A DNA stretch of 64,000 nucleotides from Neocallimastix sp. 'constans' (Eukaryota), in contig JBODTK010000012.1 in assembly GCA_050613775.1 (NCBI GenBank), forward strand, positions 1,178,001-1,242,000. Direction: 5' to 3'. Below, one piece after another: positions 27,516 to 42,614 of this stretch (position 1 is its first letter; the number at the start of each line of letters is the position of its first letter). Position numbers and translations under genes: made by a program. The notes under the pieces are model-generated. The model searched no databases, had not been told where the DNA came from, and saw only the letters and a list, made by a program, of their open reading frames with translations.

Positions 27516-30314
27516 AAATTTTTGGTAAAAAAAATACATTAATGAAATAATTAAAATCATACGATAATTTATTTCACATGATTTTTGTTTCTAGGAATTT
27601 GTATAATAAATATAAATTAATTGCCTAGATAATTAGATAATACTAGTTAATTTATTATTATTATTATTATTATTTTTATTATTTTTATTTTTATTTTATT
27701 TTTTTTTTTATTTTCGATTGTATGAACCAAATCTTCTTTATTAAAAAAAAAAAAAAAAAAAAAAAAAATAAAATTCTATTTATAGAATTAATTTTTCCAT
27801 TTTTCATATGATTATACATGAACATATAAATATATATTTGTTTATAATATTTGTGCTAGTTCCACATTAATTTTATTATTTTTGAAAGTGAGAAAGTAAT
27901 TAAATTTAATTATATATAATAAATTATTTTCTATTATTATTTTCTATTAATTTTTATTTTTTAAGTTGAAATATTTGAAATATAATTAAAAAAAAGAATA
28001 AAAATTTAAATAATTATAAAGTTTTTACTATATTAAAAATAAAAAAAAAAGAATAATTAAAGAATATTAAAGAATACTACTGTATCTTCCATGAAATAAA
28101 CTGAAAAAGAAAGAGAAATTATATGAAGAAATGAGATATTTATTCAGAAGAATGAAAAAAAATTATAAAAATAAAAAAGATATAAAAATTGAAAAATAAA
28201 TAGATAAAATAAAAAAAATTTTTTTGTTATATTTAATTTATTATATATATCTATATAAAAGTGATAATATATATTATTATTTAAAAAGAATTTTTATATA
28301 CATATTTATTTTATTTTTTTTTATTTTTTTAAAAATAAATAAAAATTAGTATTAGTATATATAAAAATTTTTTAATAAATACAACCATTTTACTTTTTTT
28401 TCATAGAAATTAATAAATATATTATATTAAAAAAAATTCTTTGTAGAACAGTGATTATGAACATGAATATTAGCTTCATCAAGAGTATACCCTTCACCAT
28501 CACAATTCTAAAACCAAATTAAATTATTTAATTTTTAATGATTTACTATGCAATGATAGTTTATAATTAATATGCATTTTATGAGAGTTACCATACTAAA
28601 ATTAAATAGTTAGTATTTTCTTGAAGATACTAAATTAAAAGTATGTCACTTTTATGTAACATTTAATAAAACAAGAAATACAATAAATATTGTTTATAAT
28701 ATTTAAATATTTATTATTTTTTTAATGACTCATAATTAATTCTGATTTTAATAATATTATTTATATAGAATCAATATTATATGTTCTTTAAGAGTATTTC
28801 AATATCGTTAAACAATCATAATATGATATTAGAATTTGCTGATCTTAAAAAATAATCGATAGAATTAAAAAAAAAAAAAATTGATATTCTAAATAGTGAA
28901 AGTTTACAAATAATATGAATTCTTTTAAAAATGCTTTTTTTAAATTCTATTATTTTATTACTAATATAATTAACAAATTTTTAGCTTCAATTGATATAAT
29001 TTTCGAACCGTAATTTAATATTTGATCTTAAAAATTTAAATTCATTTTTTATTTTTATTTTTACTTTTATTATTTTTCTTTTTTTACGGAATAATTTATA
29101 TAAAAATTAATGTTAATGTAATATATGTAATATATAATAGTAATAAATTTTAAAATTTATAAATTTTTTCATTAATTGTATTATTATTATTATTATTATA
29201 TACATTAATTAAAATAAGTAATTAACAAATAATTAACATTAAAGTTAATGTTTAGTTTTTTTTTTTTTTTTTAAAAAAAAAAAGCGTTATTTAAATAATA
29301 TCTATTGAATAAAAAAATTTATTTTATTAATTAATAAATTTTAAATCAAAATAATTTTAAATATTTTATATTAATAATTTAATTTATTTTGCTAATAAAT
29401 AGTTTTTATTTTATTATTATTATTATTTTTTATTATTGTTAATAAGATTTATAAACTTTTATTATTATTTATTATTCTAATATTTTAATTATTATTATCA
29501 TTATTTAAAGGATTTATAATATTTAATCTTTTATATAATTTAAAAGTGTATTTTTGTCCCACTTAATCTTTTAATTAAAAAAAAAAAAAAAAAAACTTTA
29601 CTATAATTTTAATTATAAAGAGTTAACTTTTTTTTTTTTTTAAAAAAAAAAAAAATTAAAACATACCAACCAATCATTATGTATATTATAATTTTGTTAA
29701 TAAATATTAAGTAGTTTTTAATTCCAAATATTTTTTCATCATAAATCTCTTTTTTATATATTTATTTATTAATTTAAAATATGTAGTTTAAATTTAGTGA
29801 TAATGAATTTTTTTTTATTGACAGATTATATTATTATATAATATTAAATAAAAATATTAAACTAAATGAATAAAACAAATAATATAATTAATTAATTTTA
29901 TATTGAAATTAAATATAGAATTTTATTGTTTTAAAAGGATATTTTAAATAACGTTTTTTTTTTTTTCTAATTAAGGAAAAATAAAAAAAAATATAAAGAT
30001 TATATTTTTTATTTGAGGATAAAATAATTTTATAAAATTGGTACTATACAAATATTAATAATTTATATATATATATATTTATATTATAAAAGATTTATAT
30101 ATATATTGCAATAATAATATATTTTTATTTATCCAAGGCTACTATAGAAAATGCAATTAAAAAAACATGTCAACTACAATTTTGAAAATAATAATTTTTC
30201 TTTAATTGATGTCATAATTAATTAATTATATATATATATATTTTAATAATATTTTTAATACAAATTAAACTTAAAAGAGGTTTATGAAAATTTTTATATA
30301 ATTATTGAAAGAAT

Positions 30315-30375
<61 letters not shown>

Positions 30376-31980
30376 AACAACAAAAAAATAAAATAAAAGT
30401 AAAAGTAAAAAAAAAAAAAAAAAAAAACTCATATTTACTAATAACATAAATTAAAATTTAAAAATATATATAGTAATTCTATTTTATTAAAATATTTAAT
30501 AAATATAAAATCCAAAGTCATAACAGAAAAAAAATATAATAATAATAACGATTGATATAATTAAATTAATAAAACTATTACTTCTATTAAAGTAATACAT
30601 AATAATTTAATATGTATAATACAAAAAATACGTCGATATATAGAGTAATAATGCAATTATTAATAGAAATTAATATAAAATTTTAGTGTAGTTAAAGATA
30701 TACATATATTATATAATTTAAAATATAAAATAAAGAATTATATTGCTATATAATACGATACTAAATACATGCTAAGATTTGAGATAATACAATAAAACAA
30801 AATTTAATAGTAATCTTTATAAAATATATAATAATATAAATAAAATAAAATAATATGTATTTCAAATATATAACAATAATCGCTTTATATTTTATATTTT
30901 TTTGCATTTAATTTTATTTAATATAACTAAAATGATGTTTATATTTTTAACTTTATAATGTTTATAATATTAAATTAATATTTTAATATAAGGGGAATAA
31001 TGTTAATATTATTACAATCGTCAGTATTTTTTTTTTAAATGAGAAAATTTTAATATTATCAAAAGTAGTAATGAATATTCTTATATATATATGTTATAGT
31101 GTGCTAATTTCAAAAGTTTTATATATTTTTAAAGTTATTTTCCCATTTAAATAATTTGTAAGATATACTTTTTAAATAAATAGGCAATTTATTATTATTA
31201 TTATTATTTTTTTTTTTTATTTTTTATATTTCATAGTATATTTTACAAATGATGATTTCTATTTATTAAAGTTTAATTAATCAATTTATAATATAATTTT
31301 AAATATATGTCAATTAAATCACACCTTTCATGTTTTTTATTATTTTATTTAATATAAATATATAAATATTTGATGTATTTATCTTTTCTTAATTTATATG
31401 AATTTTTAATAAAATTTAAAATTTAAAATAAAAATTTTATTAAATAAAAAACATGGAAAAAATATTTTATTTAATATATTTTGTTTATTTTATATTTAAT
31501 TATTATTATTATTATTTTTTTTTTAATACCAATTTTAAAAAGTTACATATTTTATTTTTTTTTAAAAAATTTTTTTATTGGTTTAATTTATATAATTATA
31601 AAATAAAATTTTTGACATTTTTTAAAATATCATGATATTTTAAAAAGCAAGAACTTTAAAATAAATAAAATAAATATATATACATAAATATTTATAATCA
31701 AAAAAAGTATAAAAGAAAAGATTTTTACATAGTTTAAAAATTTATAATAATAAAATAATAATAATAATTATAATAATTAATTTGTACAAAAAGTACATAG
31801 AGATTTAATTTATTAAAATATATATATTATATATATAATAATAAAACTATATTTTAGAAAGAAAAAATTAAAATTATAAGAAAAAATAAAATAGTTTATT
31901 TTCAAATTATAATTAAATATAATTAAAAAAATACTATATTTTATTAACAAATCATTTTTTTCTTATAAAAAAAAATAATA

Positions 31981-34900
31981 ATGAAAAAGACTTCTTTATT
32001 ATTATTAGCTTGTAAGTAATGATTTTATAATAATAAATAATATAAAGATATGAAATAGAAAAAATAATAAATTAATTTTTTCAAAAAATACATAGAGATA
32101 TAATTTATTAAATATATATATATATGTATATATATTTTATATATATAAAACTAAAATTAAATTTATTGTTTGTAAAACCAATAATTGTTATAGTTTTCTT
32201 AAGTACTCTTAGTTTTGAGGGTGCTAATGCTAAAAAGAATAAATGTTGGTCTTTAGCTGAAGGTTATCCATGTTGTGAGAGAAAGGAAACAAAAGTTAAA
32301 CGTATTTCAGATTCCGGAAAAGAATATGGGTATGAACATGGTACTTGGTGTGGTATTACTGATCTTCAACGCTGTCCAGATTATGGTAAATATAAGTGTT
32401 GTAGTGAAACTTGTGAAGTCAAAAAATTTACTAAATCTGGTAAAGTTTTGGGTTATGAAAATGGAAAGTGGTGTTCTATTCCATATAAATGTTCAAATGA
32501 AGATAGTAATTCTAAAGAAAAAACTACTACTAAAACAAAAGCTAAAACCAAAACCAAAGAAACTGCTATAGCTAAAGCTTCTGAAATTGAAACTTCAAAA
32601 ATGGAGTCATTCAAAACAGAAATCATTAAAACTGAATCGATTAATATTAAAGCTACTGAAATTGAAACTGAAACCTTAATTCCAACTCCAACTATTTCTA
32701 CTGATTCATTCAAGATTTTCAGTAAAGATAATAAATCAAATATTTTTTTTTATTGTGAAGAAAATGAATTTTCAGGAGTAAAGAAAATTGCAGATATGGT
32801 TAGAAATGATGTTAAACTTGTTACTGGTGCTTTACCAGAATTTAACTATTCTGTTAATACTACAGTTGCTGATGAAACTGCTGTTATTTTTGGTACCGTT
32901 GGAAAATCTAATTTATTTAATGGAATTGATAGTTCACCAATTAAAGATAAATATGAATCTTATATCTTTAAGGTTCGAGGTAATAAATTATATATTATTG
33001 GTAGTGATAAACGAGGTACAATTTATGGTCTTTTCCATCTTTCCGAATTAATGGGAGTTTCACCATTTGTTGATTAGCTTGATTTAAAACCAGTTCATAA
33101 AGATTCAATTGAAATTAGTGAAGAAGATAATATGATTTCAAAGGAACCAAGTGTTCGTTATCGTGGGTTATTTATCAATGATGAATGGCCAGCCTTCGGT
33201 AATTGGGCATTCCATAACTATGGTGGATTTAATGCTAAAATGTATATTCATGTTTTCGAACTTCTTCTTCGTCTTAAGGGTAATTATATGTGGCCAGCGA
33301 TGTGGTCAGGAAGATTTAGTGATGATGGACCAGGATTAGCTAATGCTGAACTTGCAGATGAACTTGGAGTTGTTATGGGAACAAGTCATCATGAACCATG
33401 TTGTCGTGCAGGAGAAGAATACAAGAATCTTCGTGGTAAAGATTCTATTTATGGAGATGCATGGAATTTCAGTACGAATGAGCAAGGTATTACTAAATTC
33501 TGGGAGGATGGTTTAAAACGTAGTGGTAAATTTGATAATGTTATTACAGTTGGTATGCGTGGTGAAGCAGATACAGCTATTGCTGGTGATGCCACTCTTG
33601 CAGAAAATATTCAATTACTTCGTGATGTTTTAACGACTCAAAATCGACTAATTAAGGAATACGTTAATGACGATATTATGTCAGTTCCAAGAATGTTAGC
33701 ACTTTACAAAGAAGTAGAACCTTATTTCTATGGTGATGAAGAAACAAAGGGATTAATGGATGATCCACTTCTCGATGGAGTTACCTTAATGCTTTGTGAT
33801 GATAATCATGGTAATTTACGTACGGTTCCATCAGAATCTATGAGAAATCATCCAGGGGGTTATGGAATGTATTATCATTTTGATTATCATGGATGTCCGT
33901 TCAGTTATGAATGGATTAATACTAATTATCTTCCAAAAGTTCAAGAACAGATGACCGCAGCTTATGATTTTGGTATTCGTAATATTTGGATTGTTAATCT
34001 TGGAGATATTCTGACCACTGAATTCCCTCTTAGTTATTTCCTTGATCTTGCTTATGATTATGAAAAGTATAGTACTCTTGATTTCAATACTTTCGATTAC
34101 ACTAAACAATGGATTGGTAAACAATTTGCATCGTTAAGTGAAGAACAAAGAGAAGATATTGAATTTATTTTCAATAATTATAATAAACTTTCATTCATTC
34201 GTCGTACGGAAAGTGTCAATAGTGAAACATTCCATCCAGTTCATTTTAATGAATCGGAAAAGATTCTTAGTCTTGCAGAGGAAGTTCTTGAAAGAACAGA
34301 AAAATTAAAGAAAGAAATTGACGTTAATTCTGATGTATATGAAGCATTCTTTACTCAAGTTTATTTTGCAGCTAAGGGAACTATGAATATTTTAAGATTA
34401 CAATTACTTTCAGGAAAGAATCATTGGTATGCACAGAATGGAATGATTGCAGCTAATCCATTTGTTGAAGAAATGAAAGAATGTGTTAGAATTGATGAAG
34501 AACTTATAAAAGAACTTGATGAATTGAAAGGAGGACGTTGGTATGGTATGGGATGGTCAGAACATATTGGATTTATAGATTGGAATGAAGAAGGAAACAT
34601 AATGCCAGTATATATGACATATCATGGAGCTCGTAGAACTAGAGTTGGAGTTTGGGTCGAAGGAGATTCTACAGTAACCAGTGGACAAGACTATACCAGG
34701 AAAACATTAAAACTTGATGCATTCAAGAATCCAAATATTAATGAAGCTATCATTAATGTTGGTAAAGGATCTACAAGAGAAGTTAAAATTGAAATCAACA
34801 CTATTGATGGTAATTTCTTAAATTATAAATTAAAAGATAGTAAAGATGCAGATGTTACTAAAATTATTGTTAGTATTGATCGTGAAAAGCTTTCAAAAGC

Positions 34901-35558
34901 CACTCAAAAGAAATGTAAAATTAATATTTCAGTTCCTCATAATGATATTTCAGGAGGTAAAATTTTAGTTGTAGTTGATGTTGATGCTGAAGTTCCAAAT
35001 GTTGACTATCCAAAAGGAACATTTGTTCAAACCACATCGTATATTAGTATTGAAGCAGAACATTTCATTTCTCAAAAGAATGGTACTAATAGTTCATGGA
35101 AGGTTATTGAAGGATATGGTAAAACTTTAAGTGCTATTAAATCATATCCAGTGATTAATGTATATGATGATATTAATGAGGCACCATCTGTTGAATATGA
35201 CTTTGTTCTTAATGAAGGAGGAAGATGGTCATTTGATTTTTATCAAAATCCATCTAATCCAGCCTTCATGAATAATAAATTACAATTTGCAGCAGAAGTT
35301 AATGGTAAAATTATTATTCATGATGTTGTTGATAGTAAAACATTTGCAGTTGGAGATACTAAACAGCCATGGAGTAATGATGTTACCAATGAAATTAGAA
35401 TTTCCACAGTTAATTTTGAATGTAAACAGGGATTAAATACTCTTAAATTCTATCCAGTAACCCCAAATATTGTTCTTGAAAAAATTATTATTCGTCCGGA
35501 AAACTTTAAAATGCCAGAAAGTTATCTTGGAGCACCAGAAACATTTTATGTTAATTAA
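31981..35558 (+). CDS. Cellulosomal GH115 alpha-glucuronidase with signal peptide and two N-terminal fungal dockerin (CBM10-like) domains; one in-frame TAG at 33075-33077
   Basis: Exon 1 31981-32011 (MKKTSLLLLA), intron to 32193. Dockerins CWSLAEGYPCC...YGYEHGTWCG and YKCC...LGYENGKWCS; Thr/Glu/Lys linker; GH115 motifs GSDKRGTIYG, PSVRYRGLFINDEWP, ELLLRLKGNYMWPAMW, MGTSHHEP, GMYYHFDYHG. The two track ORFs share one frame. Confidence 0.9.
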
Positions 35559-35964
35559 ATATGAAACTTTTTAATTTTTTTTTTTTTTAAAAAGATTTCA
35601 ATAAAAAAAATTTTTTGTAAATCATTAATTTATCTAAAATATAATTAAAAAAAATTTTCAGTAAAAAAAATTTTCAGTAAAATAAAAATCAATAAAAATT
35701 AAATAAAGTAAAAAAATAAAAAATATATATATATTTATAATTAGAGTTGTAAAACTAGAAATTAGAAAAATAAAAAATAAAAGAATAAAATAACTAAAAC
35801 TAAATAAATAAAGATAAATAATAAAAATAAATAAATAATAAAAAAAAAAAAAAAAGAAATTTAAAGAAAAATGATATATTTAATGAAGTAATATTTATTA
35901 AAATAAATAAAATAAATAAAAACTTTATTTAATCTATTTATTTATTTACACTATTATATATTTC

Positions 35965-37995
35965 ATAAGGATTATAATTAAAATTTGTTGTATTCTATTA
36001 TTTTAAATCATAATTTATTTATTATTGTGTTACTATTTATTTTTTATTATTTATCTATTGTAATAGTTTTTCATGTATTTTTTTCTTTGAACTATTTTGA
36101 AGATGACCAATAGATATGTTATAGTTTTATAAATAGAATATTTATAAATAGGAACATAGAATTATTATTGGATAATAATGTTTTTATTTTTATAAAAAAA
36201 ATAAGATTATAGTATTTATCTATTTTTCTATAATATATTTTATTTTTTGTTTTATAATAAAATAAATGGCTTAAAATTTAATTTTGTATCATGCTTAGGT
36301 CTTAACGGAATATGATGGTTAAAGTTACAAGTAAGAATGTCTCCCCCTTATATATATTATTAGAATAGATAGGGTACATGATTTCATTGTATCCATGTAG
36401 ATATATTTTACTAAATTGCAATCTTTTTGACATTTATGTAATTGCTAGGGAGCTAGTACGAAACTCTATGGGTTAGGTTATATTGATCTTGCATCAAAGG
36501 GAAATACGAACTGGAGAAGTAGTCGGAGAAGTAGTACAAGTAAAATTCTCAGCAGTAATAGGCATGTCAGGGCATCAATGCTGAAACACTCAATAAGGTC
36601 GTCCGGTAGGGACAAGTATGCACTTATAAAAAGAAAGTGTGTGTGTGATTACTTCAATATTCCTACTGCTCATGAGAGGAGGGGAGACAGAAACCAAAAA
36701 CAGTACATACCGGAAATAAAAAAAAATATTCTTTTAAAAAAAATTAATCTTTAAATGTTCCACTATTACATAAGATATTTTATATTCCTTTTTTGTAATA
36801 AGTTATTAGAATTGATGATTTATTAATAGATTTTAAGCGACTTATCATTAAAAAATAAAAGAATAGAGATAAATAAGTTATGGATCCTCAATACATTTCA
36901 AAAATAATTTCATTTATTTTATTAATTTAGAATAATATTTTTTCTACTTTTTAAATTAAAACTTAAAACCATGAAATATTATTTTTAATAATAATTTATT
37001 AATTAGTGATACAAATATTTTTTTTATTTAATTATTATAATTAAATTGATCATATAAAATAATTTTAACATATAAATAATATACTAAATTTTTATTAAAA
37101 ATTTTTTTTATTATAAATTACTTTCATTATATATAATTACATTTTAAGGTTATAAAAAAAAAAAAATTCTTTTATAGGTACCATTTTAATATATATCTTT
37201 TTTTATAATATATAAAATTATAATATATTTAATTTTACTTTGATAATTTTACCTTTTTATATAAGAATTTATTCATTTTTTTTTAAAAAAAATATATATA
37301 TATATAAAAAAGTAAAAAAAAAATATATATATATTTTTTTTTCAATTAACTTTTTTTTTATAATTATCATTATTATCATTAACATTTATTTTTTATTTTT
37401 TTTTTTTTAATCATTATTATCATTAACATACATTTTTTAGTGAATAGCAATATTAATTTAGTAAACATTACAAATATTAATAATGTTATTATGTTATTAA
37501 ATATATTATATGTAAAAACTTATTAAACATAGATATCAATATCAAATTTATAAATATAAGCATCTTTTTAGTTATATTAAATAAAACTACATATATAAAA
37601 ATAAATAATATAAGGATTATAATTAAAGTTTTTTGTATTCTATTATTTTAAATAATAATTTATTTATTATTGTGTTACTATTTATTATTTATTATTTATA
37701 TATATGTTTGATTACAAATTTACTATTGCAATAGCTTTTCATGCATTTTTTTTTTCTTTAAACTATTTTGAAGAATGACCAATATATTTGATATAGTTTT
37801 AAAAATAGAATATTTATAAATAGGAACATAGAATTTTTATTGGATAATATCATTAAAGGTAATAAATGTTTTTATTTTTATAAAAAAAAATAAAATTAAC
37901 GATTTTTTTTTAAAGTATCAGTATCTATTTTTCTATCATATATTTTATTTTTAGTTTTATAATTAGAATAAATGGTTCAAAATTTAATTTTGTAT
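35965..37995. repeat. Diverged direct duplication of ~330-390 bp (about 35965-36290 and 37610-37995)
   Basis: Shared TAAGGATTATAATTAAA..GTATTCTATTATTTTAAAT..ATTGTGTTACTA..ATGACCAATA..ATAGGAACATAGAAT..AAATGG..AATTTAATTTTGTAT. Confidence 0.85.
36338..36689. mobile_element. Candidate solo LTR or short-TIR element, 352 bp
   Basis: GC-richer non-coding island bounded by TGTCTCCCC ... GGGGAGACA (TG..CA, 9-bp perfect inverted repeat); no clean TSD seen. Confidence 0.45.
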
Positions 37996-38356
37996 ATGCG
38001 TACGGTTAAATTTGTGAAATTAAAATATTGATAATCAAATTTAAAAATTTTAAATTAAAAATATGAAAAAGAAAAGTCTAAAATATATATATATATTATA
38101 TTGTAAATATTGGATAAAAAATAAATTAATAAAAATTTAACTTGAAATTATTATTACCTAAGTAATATTTCCAAATTATTTTAGAATATTGTGTATATAG
38201 TATGTAGTATAAAAGTTAATATATTAGCTTTTTTTTTTAAATAAAAAAAAAAGAAAAAAAAATTCTAATTGAATAAATAATAATGGCATTAATAGGTAAA
38301 ATTTTATATACATATAGTAATATATTGTATATAAAAAGTAATCATAGTTCTACTTT

Positions 38357-38419
<63 letters not shown>

Positions 38420-38963
38420 CGGAGATTAATTATGTTAAAACATGAAATAATATTTTTAATATAAACATATAATAAATATTTGTATTTAATATAAATATTT
38501 GAAGGTTTGAATAAATAATATATATTATTATCATTAAATGTTGTGTCATTAATATTTCTTAATAGAAAGAATAATATTAAATTTTTATTGAATAAAAATT
38601 ATTTTAATTTATTTTTTTTGTAACTTTAAAAATATGAAATCATATTTTTTAGTTTGGTAATGAATTAAAATTTAATCTTTGTTATTTAATTGATTAAAAT
38701 TATTAAATAATAAAAAAAATTTAAAATAAATCTGAAATCATATTAAATTATTTAATATAAGATTTGTGCGAATGCTAATATAAATTAAATTTAATAAATA
38801 ACTTATAATTAGTTCAATTTATAATTAGTTTACTTTATTTATTTCCTTCCAATATCTTTATTAATTTTTTTTAAATAAATGTAGAATATATATATAAATA
38901 TATAAATATATAAATATATATATGTAAATAATATATAAATATATATATATATATATTTTTTTT

Positions 38964-38994
<31 letters not shown>

Positions 38995-39616
38995 TATTTT
39001 TAATTTTTTTTTAAAAGAAAAATTGTCAAATATTATACAATTATTAAATTAAATTAATATATGAATAAAAGCTAAAAAATAAAATAAAATAAAAGTATTA
39101 TTGTATTGTACTATTAAAATACTTGATGAATTGTTATTTATATTACAGATAATATATTATACATTATATTGTTAATAGCTTTTACATGGCTTATTTAATA
39201 TTAATAGTAAAATTTAAAATTAACTATTTCAAAGAAAAATGAAAAATATATATATGACGTAGAATTCTTTTATATTCTTTTTCTTTTTATTTTTGAAATA
39301 TTAATATTATATGTATATATAGAGAAAATATTTTTTTTTAAAAAAAAGAATAATTTTGAATACTAAATAAATTGTAACATATATATAAAAATTTTTTTGA
39401 AGTATGTTTTTATTACTATTTTTTTTTTTTTTTTTTAGACTAGTTATATGGTTGTAATTAAAATAAAAATTTTAATTATAATATAATCATAAAATAATTT
39501 TTGATATAACTGTATATATATATAAACCTATTATTTTTAATAACTGAGAAATAAACAAAACCAAAACAAAAAACAAAACCAAAAAACAAAACCAAAAAGC
39601 AAAAAAAAAAAAAAAA

Positions 39617-42385
39617 ATGAAAACATTATTAATAAATATTTTGTTTTTTACCGTGTTTTTTATGGGTAAATATATTATAAAAAAAAAATACTTAAATATT
39701 ATTTTTTAATTATTAAAGTTAAAGTTTCTAATCAAATTATTATTTAAAATACAGTAAAAGGGATAGAAATAAGAATGCATGGATTTCTTTATTCATACAA
39801 TGATTATCACAAATTATTAGCAGAAAGAACTAATGAATATATGAAATCTAAAGGTTTAGATATTACCTTAGTGACAAATTTTGAAACGCCAGATACTAGT
39901 AGGGGTGAACCAAATTATGTTGCGAATTACGTGGAAGATTTATTACAAAAAGAGGAAAGAGGATATGATCTTTATCTTACGGATACCGTATATACTGGTC
40001 GTTTTTCAAAATATTTTGAGGATATTAGTAAATATGTAGATCCAAAAGTAATTGAACTCTATAAGGAAGGTACTGCTACAAATACTTGTATTGTAGATAC
40101 AAGGCTTGTTGGTTTAGTAAGTATTTTAATTTTAATATATAAAATTTTATTACTTATATATGAAACTTTTAAGTTTATAATTATCATAATTTATATATAT
40201 AAATATTAATATATATATACATATTTATATCCTTATTAATATTAAATTATTTTTAAAATATTTCTAAATGATCAATTTTATATAATTTATTATAATACAT
40301 ATAAATTATAAATAGCCACTTATGGTTGACTATGCAGGTTTATATGCAAATAAAAGTTTATTAGAAAAATATAAAAGATCTATTCCTGAAACCTGGGATG
40401 AGTTAATTGAAACAACAAATTATATTTATGAAAGAGAAAGTAAAGTAAATCCAAAATTACATAAATATTTAGGACATTTTCCTGAATATGAAAATGGTCT
40501 TGTTGTAATTTTAGAATTTATTCATTCTTTTAGAGATTTAAGTACAGATAAATTCCCAAAATATACAAGTGACAATGCTGTTGCTGCTCTTGAAAAAATG
40601 AAACAAATAAAGGAAAAAGCTTCAACTCCAGATGATTTTGCTGCTAATGAAATTACTATGGGTGATGCATTTACAAATGGTAATTTTATATTTTTAAGAT
40701 TTTGGTACATTGCAGATGAAATGAAAACACAATTTAATAACGTCACTGTTTCATTTAATCAACTTCCCGGTAAAAAGAAGGGCATTTCTGCTTCTTGTGT
40801 AGGAGGAAGTAATATTTCAATGAACAAATATATTTCTGAGGAAAGAAAAAAGGCAGCTGGTGAAGTTATGTCATTCATTAATTCCTATGAAAATCAAAAA
40901 TTTGGTATTATTAAATATGATTTGAGAAGTGCTATTCATTCTACTTACAGTGATCCTGAAATTTGTGAAAAAATTAACTGCCTAAAATTTAGTTCGATGC
41001 AAAGTATTGTCAGACCAAGTAGTTCTTCTATTAATTATGATGAGTATTCGGAAAATTTTCGTAATTTAGCCAGAAAATATATTTATGGTGATACCGATCA
41101 ATCAGCATTAGAGATTTTAACAGAGGTTGATGACATGAGAAAAATTCATTTTCTAGAAATTAATTCGCTTGCTAGTATTACTACCATTTCACTTATATTT
41201 ATTATCATTGCATTATTAGCTCTTTCTTTAATTTACATTACTATTCATCGTTTCAAACAACAATTTGTATTCCTTCCATATGGTTATTGGTGTACTGTAA
41301 TTATCGGAATTTTCTTAATGTCAATATATGGTTTAACTGGTATCAGAGAATTAAACAATTACAAATGCTTAATTAGACCATTTTTACTTTCAATTGGCTT
41401 CAATCTAATATATATTCCAATATTACTTAAGATGATTGCTATTTTCCCTAAAAAAAATGGTCTTACTAAATTTGTTAAAGATCATTTCAGTTTACTCTAT
41501 ATATTCTTTCTTATTATTGATGTTGGTATTAATATTTCTTGGTATTTATTAGATCCATTAATAGTTAACAAATTAACCGTTACCTCTGGTAAGAATTTCC
41601 AATACTGTAGTTCATTTACCTCTATAGGAAATATAATTCATTATATTCTCTTCGGAATAAAAATATTTATTCTTCTTATTATGTCCATATTAGTATTTAC
41701 TGAATGGAATCTTGCTGCCTTTAAACCTGATATCAGATCAATAACCACGACGATTTACACTAATATTTTACTTATTGGGTTATTTATTGTGATAGAAAAT
41801 ATTAATATAAACAATAGATATTTATACTTTGGATTTAGAGCTGGATTGGTTTTAATTTTCTGTTTTTCTACCTTAATTATAATCATTGGTAGTAAGTATT
41901 ACCAAATATCCATTAAAATGGAAAATCCCTATCCAGATATTACCAGTCTCAATAAAAGTTCAAGTAGTGGACTTAACAGTTCTAATTATTATCATTCTAA
42001 TTATAATTCAAGTACTATAAATAGTAAATTCAACCCAGGTAAAAGTACTATTTTAAGTTATCATTATGTTACTGGTACTTCTCTTCCACCAAGTACAGCA
42101 ACTAAATCTTATCCAGCTTTGTTTACCTCCACTATGAATAGTAATTACAATGAAAATTTATTCACTAATAATAGTAGTAGTAATAATACACAAAGTCAGT
42201 CCTCAGAAGACTTTAAATATAATAATATTAGCAAAAATTTCTTATATAGTACTAATAGTAGTAATAACTTTAATAATAACTATAGTAGTAATGACTTTAA
42301 AAGTTTTAATAGTATGAGCTATAGTAATAGTAATTACAGTAATAATAACTATAGTAAAAATTATTATAGTGATTATAAATATTAA
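39617..42385 (+). CDS. Class C-like GPCR: signal peptide, bacterial-type sugar solute-binding domain, 7TM region and Asn/Ser-rich tail (3 exons)
   Basis: Exons 39617-39665, 39755-40116 and 40316-42385 are in frame. SBP motifs LVGLPLMVDYAGLYANKSLLEKY..IPETWDEL and GGSNISMNK; seven hydrophobic segments with C.IRPFLLSIGFNLIYIPILLKM. Architecture is known from anaerobic gut fungi. Confidence 0.88.
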
Positions 42386-42614
42386 AATATTTAATATATA
42401 TAACAATATGAAAAAAATTTAATACACAGTATATAATTAAAAAAAAATTATATAAATTTAATTTATGTATATATATATCATATGAAAAAACTTGTATCTA
42501 TATATATAATATGTTTAATATGTTATAAAAAATGATATAAATTATAAATCAATTATAGAGTTCAAAAATATAGTAAAGAATTAATTTTTTTAAAAATTTT
42601 ACATATAGAAAAAA

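Noticed and set aside
28435..28510. Exon-like fragment NCDGEGYTLDEANIHVHNHC on the minus strand
   Set aside because: No partner exons or recognisable family.
33075..33077. Genome-wide UAG reassignment or pyrrolysine
   Set aside because: TAG serves as the normal stop of the DnaJ gene (25262-25264), other long ORFs have no internal TAG, and the position corresponds to Trp.
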